Under the pieces are notes generated by a model that did not search any database, was not told the DNA's origin, and saw nothing but the letters and a program-made list of their open reading frames with translations. A DNA stretch of 64,000 nt from assembly GCF_000150275.1 (NCBI RefSeq), contig NW_002060958.1:464374-528373 (forward strand). The letters are read 5' to 3'. This document shows, in pieces, positions 53,731-64,000 of the stretch (position 1 is its first letter; each line of letters opens with the position of its first letter). The position numbers and the translations under genes were made by a program. This stretch comes from Trichoplax adhaerens. Its lineage: Eukaryota > Animalia > Placozoa.

Positions 53731-54466
53731 GTGGGGGCACGGATAGCCATCGACTCGGGGTAGACATCTGTAGTTTGGACAACTTGGGTCGATTGCAAAA
53801 GCTGAAGGAGAGAGAGAATGCGAGTTTAGCCAGGTATCAAAAGGCATCAAAATAGCGTCGACAAAAGGCGAAGAAAGATTTGAAAGATGACGTCAGATTT
53901 TCAATCTTGCACAAGAATTGGTAGACAAGAGATTGATGAGCAGAGAGTAAAACCATTTTAAGCTTGATTTTCAACCGTTTTGCTTGTTGACAAAGCGTGG
54001 ATAAAAAAATCTTTTCCATCATTTCAATTGTCAAGATAAACAACAAGAGCAAATTGTTGTTGGGCATTGATTCAATTGGATATCCATTGGGAGACGTATC
54101 TTGTGTCGTGGCAGTCTTGGTGGGGCTGATAGTGGTACACGATAGCCCACACCATCATTCTATTTCAATTTATTACATCAGATTGACCAATCCATGTATC
54201 GATCATCCTTTCCAACATACATGATTCTCTTGTAAATTATTCTTCCTCCTTTCAACCTGCTAAATCCCACCACAAGAACATTGATTACCATCAAGTCCAA
54301 GCGCAATCATACTCCGATCACTACTGGATCGCCATTGATACAAGTTGTCTTGTCATCTTGAATGCAGTAACGTATTGCAAGTGGACTAGCGACGCATCAT
54401 TGATATTCTTATCCTACACCATTGCTCAATCATTGCCATACCAAAACAACACGACTTCATATTGGT

Positions 54467-57400
54467 ATGGATTTAACATCATCGTCTCAATCTTCCACGG
54501 AGGCCATCACCATGGTTCCTATCGGTTGGAAGCGTATTCGAGATAATAATACAATCTACTATGTCAGGTAAAATGATGCAACTATTGGCTCAACTCGATC
54601 GGTCAATTATCTTTCTCCATAGTCATCATGCTAGAAAATACATCAGTGGAACAAGCATGTTGTTAGGCATCATTCTAATTCGACACTACTTGAAAACTGC
54701 TGCACTTTCTACCTATCAGTCTATCACTTTCAATACAATACAATCAATATACACGTCCTTATCATGTTAAGTTCATGCTGAAAGTGGGACGTTTTCAAAG
54801 TACATTTAGTATTGATATTGGCGATCTGTATTGATCGTTGTCCTTTCATCTTTTTCCACATGGTACAGTAAGTAGTAATGGAGTAATTTATCTCCTTGAA
54901 CAGTAGCATGAAGACACTATCTCTCGTACAACTTGACTAGCCTTTATTGGCTAGCCAAATTGAAGTTGTAATCCAACCATCATTTGATATTTTTCTTTTT
55001 TGTTCATAGTGTGTGCTAGTCTTTGTTTCATGTTCTTTCAAAAGAATAATTCACATTTGAAAGCTATATTGAATCAACGTTTTCATATTATTTCATCGTA
55101 TTATAGCCCAACTAAGGATAAACTTTGGAACATGTCCGATGTTATCAAATATGTCACTTCAGACGGGACTTGTAAATGTAACTTACAATGCCCACTATTC
55201 CTAGATCGAGTATTCACATTTAGCCTTGATGTTAAGCAAATGGAACCACCATTTGAAAAAAGCAAAAGCAAACTATGTACTTGTCCTATTATTCGGCGTG
55301 GTAGACCAAGAAAATATGAATTAAAAGAAGGTATGAATGTCTAATGACGCTTACTGAATAGCAGCATTACAGTGATACGATCGATCAATCTACCAGCCAG
55401 TAATCAACATCACCTTTCTACTGTATTTGAAGCAGCTTGATGCGGCTGCTTTAGCAACATATTGAATAATCATCCATTCTAATCATGTTAATATTTATCC
55501 TGTATACAGTAGCTGAATTGCAGCTTTCAAATATCAACTACTCTTGAGTTCAAGAGTAAATTTTAAATTTTGATCGAGTATATACTGTATTGTAGAGTCA
55601 AGGAGTTCTAGGATAATCCAGTACTGTCTACAGTATAAGATTAAATCGAAACTTTCTGCCATAACATCATATCGACTTAACACTACTATATTTGGATAAT
55701 AACTATATGTAGAGTTCATTGAAATTGAATTGGATTTCATCAAGTTATTGCTTGTTTTATCATATTAGGAATGAAAGTCAACTACAAAAAGAAAAAGTCT
55801 TACATTAGTCAAACTGATATAAAGCCAGTGGCTGACGGCGATTGCAACACCAATAGAAGTGATTCGAATTTAAAAAGTATTCTGGAAGACAAGACACAAG
55901 ATAATAAAAGAGTCAAGAAGAAAGGAACCCTCAATGTTGAGCCTTTGATCAAAAGTGAACCCAATTTTCATGATAAAACTAGTACTGAAGGAGATAAAAT
56001 AACCAGCGACAAGGGTAACAATAACAAGCGGGGCAAAAATAACACCAATAAAAATCTACCGAAACAGGACGATACAATCAATCAAATAGACAACTATCAA
56101 TCCTTTGGAAAGATTTCTTCTATCGAAAGTGACGTTTCTTCAGGCAATAAAGGAAAAAGGAAACTCAAAGTGGTAAACACTTCAAATACATCCGCTGACA
56201 ACACTCGTACTCCACAGAAACGGAAAGAGAAAAGATCTGCCAATAAAGCTGGAAATGGCGATACGATGGCTCTGTCTGTGGAAGATATCAATGACGACAG
56301 TCTATTCGATTTAGGCAAAAAATCAAAGGCGAAAAAATCAAGGAAAAGACTTTCTTCTATGGATATTGAAGATGTTTCATTAAGCGATGTCATGAATATA
56401 CCCTTAAAACAGATTCCTACAACGCCTATTAGTACCGATAATCGACCACCTAGCCCATCTTTTGATTACAATACGCATTTAATCATGCCTACTCCGGCTG
56501 CTAAAGTCGCTGTAGCATCAAATCAAGTTACCCCAAGAACTCCCACTATGGTCAACTATACTAATAATTACTTTACAGCCAACTCATCTACTGGATACGA
56601 TGTTGGTACTCATCAGCCTGTTCAACTTGGAGGTATTCAACGATCACCATCATCAAACTTATTACCTACACAATTAAATAATCATTCTTATTCTTCACCG
56701 TCAAGTAATAACTGCCAAATTGGAGAATGTATCGAAGCTTACCGAAATACTACTGCGCCAACTACGCCAATCGAATCTCATAATTCGTATGAGGTGATGC
56801 AACCAACAACTTTAACAAAGCAACAGTTAAATGTACCCCATTGTACAGCAAATATACCTGCAAATAGAGCTATACAGGGTACTATGGGAAATATGAATAA
56901 CATGGATCAACAACAGCAACAAAATTATATGATGCTTGATCAATCAAATCATCCAAATAGAATATTGACACCTCCAGATCTTAATTATGTTGGTATAGAA
57001 AACGAAGCTGAAAATAATCCGGCTGATATGTTCATGAGTGGTGTGAATACGATGGATAGTTCGACGGTAAATTCTATGAACTTAACTCCTCAGCCGCAAT
57101 CTCCTACAGGCAATATGTATTCTTCAGGTAATAATACATGCCAAAATTATTACATTAACTCCGCACAACCTCAACACAGCCAAAATCCTGCTGCAGATGG
57201 TTTATTAAGTAGTGATGTGGCGAATATGCAAAAGCAATTATCTTCTGATGATTGCCATTACTATAGTATGTCACCCTCTGGTTCATCTTATAATTATTCA
57301 TCGCCAACAACTCCACGAATGATACCCGTAACAAGTGTCATGGCAGGCAATCCGATGAATTCCAACACCGTTACTATGTCAAACAATTTGGATAATCAAC

Positions 57401-58047
57401 TTGAATCAACTTGCCCACAAAATCAACAAATTCCACAAGTAATGCATTCTTATGGAAATAACCTCTCAAGAAGCAATTCAGCAGTAATGATCCAAGGCCA
57501 TTCGCAGCTTGTTCGTCAACACAGTACTGGACAGACTGCACAGGCTGGAATGTCAGATTATTGCCTTAACAATAACAACAATAATAATCGCTACAATATG
57601 CAAGTCAATTCTACTGCGTACATGAATAATTCGGGACCAATCTGTACGTCTGGCAGTAATCAATCTCCAGTAACTGGTTATAATCAATCCAATCTTCAAA
57701 TGAATTCACAATCTCAACATTTAATTTACAATGACATGTCTTCTAATCCTCAAATCATGCAACAGCATGATGGGTCATTAAATTATCCTACATCCAATAT
57801 GCAATTATCGACAAATATGAACATTGATAATCAAAATGATAGTATAAATATGATGTCCAACATGCCGATTTTAGAACCTCATTCCGTTGGTATGCGTACT
57901 GATATTCCATCTCAATCAGTAAAGCAATCGAATGTAGTTATGGAACAGCAGCAACAAAACACTCAAAATAATCGCCAATATGTCGGCGTACCTTCAACAT
58001 TACTGGATGGGCAACCAGGCCAGATTAGCCAATTTGATATGTGCTAA
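54467..58047 (+). CDS. MBD5/MBD6-family chromatin protein: MBD-like domain, AT-hook and long S/N/Q-rich disordered tail; three coding exons
   Basis: Exons 54467-54567, 55107-55330 and 55769-58047 join in phase to give VPIGWKRIRDNNTIYYVSPTKDKLWNMSDVIKYVTSDGTCKCNLQCPLFLDRVFTF, matching the MBD5/6 signature VPVGWQR...YVSPSG...TDGTCKCGLECPL...VFNF. This is followed by RRGRPRK, basic NLS-like tracts and a low-complexity tail. Confidence 0.9.
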
Positions 58048-59757
58048 TCAAGAATATCCCTGTATAATTGATATTGTATATCCGATATCTAATTTTCGTC
58101 AATTGTGTAAATTTGACTCCTTAATAATAGCATCGATGATGATTTTGTGATAGAAATAGATAAAATAAAATAGGATGCTTCCTGAATTCTATCTTATAAA
58201 TATTGTTTCAGCCTAACATTAATATTCAGTCTATTAATTCATTAAACCCGATATTTACTATTTCAAGGTGTTCTTTGAACTATAATTGTATTTATAACAC
58301 CGAAAATTGCGTTAAAATTGGCATATAATATAATTAATCCTTCGTATTTTAATCATCAACAATGTCGAATATTATTAAGTCATACCATGATTGTTGTATG
58401 CATTACACTTCGGCTGTGCTACACGTTATATAAAGTTATGTACTGTCATAACATACAGACCGTAGAAGATTGTCTCTCAAGGTAATCATAAGTCCGCTAA
58501 TAAGTCATGATGGATTCTACAAGGTAGATTTAATGCCTCTCTTACGGATTTATCTTGCGAATTGTTTATATTCGTAGAATCATGAATAGAAATACAGTTT
58601 TGCATCGGATACATATAATAGTTAGTATTTCACCAAATTGATAAGTTATTCAATCGTTAAGGTATAGCATAACCTTATACGCTCGTATATAACTATATAA
58701 TACTGATTATAAAATTAATTATTATGAAATATTATTGTTATGTTATTAATATATTACAGATACTGTTAAGGCCGTGATAAAAAAATATTACCGTGTAAAT
58801 TATCTTGGTTAATTGGCAATAAGTGATCCAAAATTTAAATGGAAGTACAATACTTATGGAATAATGCCCCGTTGCACCCATGAACTGTAGTGAATTATAT
58901 GCATTATCTTGTATAATATGGATTATAATTGCAATGATTTAATCTAACCGAAATTTCAATCTGCAACATATGTATGATACTCTGTTGATTCCGTACTTTG
59001 TAGCAATGCTCTACGCTTATGTATTGCTGTAATCTTAATTTATTGATATTGCCAACCTACAGTATCTATTGTAGGAGCATACCATCAACACTTTTCTATT
59101 TAAAAAGGTAAAAGTATTTACTTTTTGCTTGCTAGCTTGTTCTAAGACCATTATATATTATCTTGTGAATTACATTATTTACAGTAATTTTAAGTAATGA
59201 ATTGCTGTTATAAGTAGCATTTTGGATTGTTGCATAGCGCGTTAATGCGCAATAAAAGCCATGTAATAGTACACCGATAAATAGTTAAGTATCCACAGAT
59301 ATCAGATTCCTTACTTGCTAGCTTGTAAAAAATGGATAATAAATATGTATAACCTCGTATGCTTCACAAAGTTACCTAAAATAGCATATTCTAATGCCAT
59401 CAGGCTTTTCATAACATACGCTAGTCTGATAATTATAATTGTTCGATGATAATAAATACACTTACAATGCCATTCAATCAACGTACATATTGGTATCTGC
59501 TTAATTTATCACAAGTATATCAATTTTAATCTATTATAAATTTTTAATTGCATTCGATGACATTACACAGTAATTACTGGATTAACTTTTCGAAGAGTTT
59601 TAGGGATTAGGCACGCATGCATCATTATGCATAAGTAGCAGATTACTGAAAATAAAGCAATTAACATTAAGTATTGGGTAAGCAACAAACTGAATCTAAT
59701 TCTCAACAAATCGAGACTTTCTATTTTAACATTAAAGAGTAATGCACGTTAGTTTAC

Positions 59758-61770
59758 CAGGTTTTAAGTAGATGGGCCAAATATCAGTTAGCAAACAGAA
59801 TATCAGCGGTGCAAATATTGCCATCGCTGCAACATTTTCATCAACCAATTTCCAGTCTGTTTGAATCGTTTTTGCAAAACAGATGTCAACAAGGAAAAGA
59901 AATTTCTAAAGCATGCAACTTACTAGTTGTCTAAGATACTTCAAGCCTAATCATCTACAGGAGTCATGCATGACTTGGTAGTGCTTAATCAAGACACCAG
60001 CGCATTATTTCAATGTATAAATAGTAAAATTATAAATATGTACGCGTATATGTGGCAATGCAATTAAGGAGGTCTAGAATTGAAATCTAAACTTACGTAC
60101 TAGCAGTAAGTAATCATAGCATGACTTTATTGCGTTTGCTACGCTACAAAGTGTAACCTATAGTATAGTCTTCGGGATTTTACTATACGACCTGCTTACA
60201 ATTCATACGAAGTAAAAAGTATGACCAATTCTGTTCACTGGATCGAAAGCTTACAATTGGTAAGTGATAAACTTACTGCCAGATTTAAATTAGATATCGT
60301 ATGCTTTGTGACTAGCTAAGATCCGATGAGGCTGTTAATACTTTACAGTAATATATCATTCAAAGATGAGAACAGATTAGTATTCAAAATTTCTCTAAGG
60401 CAAGCTATCTCTGGCATTGGCTATCTAACATTACAATTACTCAATCGTCCTCGTCAAGAAAGTGCAAACGGGCACCTACCTGGTGATACTGAGACGAATT
60501 GGAATAAGCACAGCAAGATCATTAAGCATCCGATAATCGTAGCCACTGCAATACTTGAAAATGGGATTACTAGTAGCTTTCTCTCCAACAGCCTATATGA
60601 GACAAAGGTTTAAATCATTCATCTCAGCATCTCATAGCATACGTCAACAATTTGGCTAGCCTGACTCTCGTAATCTTAACTCTAGCCAATTAGCCTTCAT
60701 TGTTACTCCACTACACTATACAAGCCATATTTGAAGTAATGATACGTAACCATGCAGGAAATTGCATTGCATGGACGACATATCGATCAAAACTGTTAAC
60801 ATCAATACAGCGTACTAGAGTACTACAATTCAATCAACAGCAGTAACCTGGGAAACATTTCCATCATTCCACCAGCCATTGCTAAACTGAGCATAATATA
60901 AATATAACGGTAGCGGGTAATATTGGCTATCACACGATATTTGTAGATTCTATCCATGAAATGGTTTCTTTCTTTCTTGTAATGCTGCTCATGTAGTGTT
61001 TCTGAATAGGAAATTTTCTCTTGTAGCAATCTTTGGTACGTAATGTTGTTCATCGTGGGCAATTTGGTAGCCTCCATCCTATTTCCATTTGGAAAGTAAA
61101 TCCTTCGACAGTGATGCTATATATGAATTCAATAATCCTTCCACAATGTTTACGTCGGTGTTGACAATGCAGGAGAATGAAATACTGTATGGTAAATAAG
61201 TCATAGCAGCGCAATAAATTGGACTACTCGGATCAGAGCCAAGCGCCATACTGAAACAAGACACGTTAGGCTGTAGGCAACATCAGTATAGAAGAGTCGC
61301 ATAATAATGGCTACTTGGTCTTCCTGATCTATTTTCTATTGACGGTAACTTCCATAGTCAATGCCGGCGATTGTGGTCATTGCTGCTCAATTCAAAGCTT
61401 TTAGAGTGGAACGCAGTTAAAACTGGGAGATAAGATGTTATAACTACTGCTAAATTAAAACAGTTCATTTCCGATCGACGAGATTTTGCAGAACAGGCAA
61501 TGAAAGTGATCACTATTGAGCTCCATAGCAACTGTACTATGGCTGTAGACAAGAAAGGGTCCAGCGCAGCAGAGTTTGCTTTAACACATATGACAGTGTA
61601 TATTAGCTCTGCTACTGTATGACCAACTTGCGCTACTGCACTGTAACTGCCAAGGAATGGTGTAGAACTAATTTCCAAAATGTCCAGCACTCACTCCAAA
61701 TTGGCATTGGAAAAAATCGTAGTATTTTTTCCATCGGCCTAATCCATTTATGGCAACATTCCATGTTCAT
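59758..61770 (-). CDS. Probable multi-exon multi-pass membrane protein (weak CLN3/battenin-like resemblance); structure unresolved, may be degenerate
   Basis: Exon-like blocks with AG/GT borders: MNMECCHKWIRPMEKILRFFPMPIW|GTGAGT; ELIYTVICVKANSAALDPFLSTAIVQLLW; TRYRYIYIMLSLAMAGGMMEMFP|FDRYVVHAMQFPA|WLLERKLLVIPFSSIAVATIIGCLMILLCLFQFVSVSP (the last three join in phase); KFLFLVDICFAK...AMAIFAPLIFCLLTDIWPIYLKP. The true 3' end was not located. Confidence 0.4.
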
Positions 61771-64000
61771 TTCTTTCCTTGTATCTTGTTGTATAATGGA
61801 CTGAGCTTGAGTATAGCGGTAAAGTAAGATCTCCGCTGCGCTAATGCGTCCACCAAGATACTCGTATACTGTGCTAATAAAACGAATCTTGCTCGATTGA
61901 TCTTACAGTTCCGGTTCTGAAATGCGATGGTGCGGTGATGCCTAATTTAGTTTTTAGACCAAAATTTTGGATAAGTCACGTTGATGAGGGTCTATGGATG
62001 ACTACATATTAACTCAAAGCTTTAGAAAACTGTAGAACTACTACTTGTTTATGGGTCCTGTGGCTGTTCTGTATAGTTGGCGTAGTAATACAAAGGTAGA
62101 GACCGCTAATAGTTAACATTGAAGTTATGAAATTACCCACACACAATGCTCCATGCTCAACTTACGGATTAAGCCGTAAATTTCTAGGGACTACGGGTAT
62201 TCATAAGCGATTCAGGAATCATAGATAATTATTAAAAAGAAAAAATTACCTATTTTAATTACAATTCTCAGAGACTCCTCCAAAAATAATAGTAGTTTCG
62301 ATTCATCGTTAGGCATACAATATAAGCGTACTGTAGGCGCAATTTAGAAGGCTGTTTAGCTCAAGATTGGCTTACGTCGATCCTTTCCTATCAAATCTTT
62401 TATGCACCAAGAAAATACTGTAAGTGTTATATGATCAGTTTACCTCATCTTTTTCACTGAAAACATGTTGGCCATTAATATTTCCTACATTATGGCAGTA
62501 ACTGCACTGTATAAATATTATGTTACCAGCCCTTGTTGAAATCTGAGCCACTCATTAATTAAATGCTCATTTTTCAATTACAATGGTTGATATTGGTATG
62601 GTAATCATATAACATTAAATGTGTAGCAGATGTACTTAGGGCAACATACTTGCACTGATATAGTCCTACTCCTACCTGCACTGTTATAGTATGTGTGCTA
62701 CAGACCACGTATACAATCGAAAAGTCCCGGATCATATATACGAGTACATAATCTTCACCCCAAAGTTTTAACATCAGAATCGAGATTATTATCACATCGA
62801 TTGACTAGCAAATAATTGCTCTTGATAGTTCACCTAAATGCACTGCATTACCGAAATGGAAGATTATCTGCAAGTTTCGAAAGTATTCATACTGCAGGTG
62901 CGTTTACAGTTTGAATCATCTCAATGAGGTGGTTTTATGTTCTACGGTATCCAGATCGGTACAACAAGCTACTAACGTAATGATGTAACTAATCGTAAAT
63001 AATAACCGTAACACTCTATACAGTACCGACATACGAATTATACGCAACTACCAATTGAGCAAGCATTAGTTACTTACTGTTGGCAAAGCTACGGATGGTC
63101 TATGAGGATTACCCTAGAAGTGGAACACATAACGACTACATGCTAAACTGCTGACAGCATACTGATTTATTGATACAAATAAAAGTGTACAATACCAAAA
63201 AATATTATACAAACTTTAGCAATGCTATTTATATGGTCATATATTAGTCGTTAACATTCCGACACAGTCTTTACTGATACGAAATAATCATCATTAAAAC
63301 TTTTAGCAGTAGTACGAACACAGCCATTAAATCAATTTGAATGTAGATAAAATCAAGAACCATGCTATAACTTAAAAGATTTACAATAATAAGCTTTATA
63401 AAAAATGTATAGAAGACACTTATACCAATTTTTGCAACAAAATATACAGTAAAGAATAAAATATTATATAGCATGATATTATACAAAGATACCATTTATG
63501 TTATTGATATGGTACAAAACCAATTTTATACAATTGTCAAAAATTTAGCAAAAGTACGCGAATCCTAACTATAGTAACATCGAAGCTAATAATTATAATT
63601 TGTGACTGTACATTAACTTATCCTAGTTTCAATGCCTACTGAGTAGATCCACGACGATACTCGACAATAACATTACCAACCATTAATTATTAATACAAAA
63701 AAATTGCAAAATTTCAATATATAGTATATTATATTAGCTCAATGAACTAAATGTCAAAATTGTACAGAATGCACTAATGCGGTTTATGTATAAGAAATGT
63801 CTATAAAAAGTTGTGGATGTCTATCGTCACACGATAGCCACTAAAATGAAGATCTCAGAGGAAGCTTCATAATATGGAAGTAATCAATCACTTATTAACT
63901 CTTAACAACGACATGATAGCCTTATATTATAATTAATTGTTGAAATTATAAACCAAGTATCTAGCTATCGAGAAAATCTCCAATACTGGCGCTTACAGAG

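Noticed and set aside
53545-53850. GKSTLV in a minus-strand ORF as a Walker A motif
   Set aside because: It lacks the upstream Gly and hydrophobic strand (RRLSYGKST), and it is antisense to the better-supported protease reading.
56097-56393. Antisense ORFs inside real genes (also 18471-18671, 28021-28266 and 44793-45068)
   Set aside because: They are shadow frames of well-supported coding exons, with no independent motifs.
59758-61770. MATE/SLC47 transporter assignment
   Set aside because: Only a superficial resemblance of two short peptides; the diagnostic MATE motifs (e.g. DTLISQTYG) were not found.

Overview
AT-rich eukaryotic DNA with GT-AG introns, from a compact early-branching animal genome. 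The gene style suggests a placozoan such as Trichoplax; this is an inference. Host genes reconstructed by hand from splice sites: an Apaf-1-like NB-ARC gene with no visible CARD (3204-13566 +); two paralogous intronless rhodopsin-like GPCRs (18328-19368 and 27992-28942 +); PSMA2 (-) head-to-head with HIBADH (+); a COX14-like microprotein (-); a Caspr/neurexin-IV-like adhesion receptor (41950-47857 +); an MBD5/6-like gene with an AT-hook (54467-58047 +); and a poorly resolved membrane-protein gene (about 59.8-61.8 kb, -). Two things are not shown by the ORF track. (1) Heavily frameshifted fossils resembling three virion-morphogenesis genes of a Polinton/Maverick (adintovirus-like) element: a major capsid protein (about 40.6-41.75 kb, -), a packaging ATPase (about 51.9-52.8 kb, -; partly amplified into a 141-bp tandem repeat) and an adenain-like protease (about 53.2-53.7 kb, +). 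(2) Dense TACAGTA/TACTGTA/TACACTGTA tracts near promoters that look like accumulated Tc1/mariner excision footprints; one TA-to-TACAGTA event is directly visible by comparing tandem-repeat copies. All homology calls come from motif recognition by eye; no database search was run.
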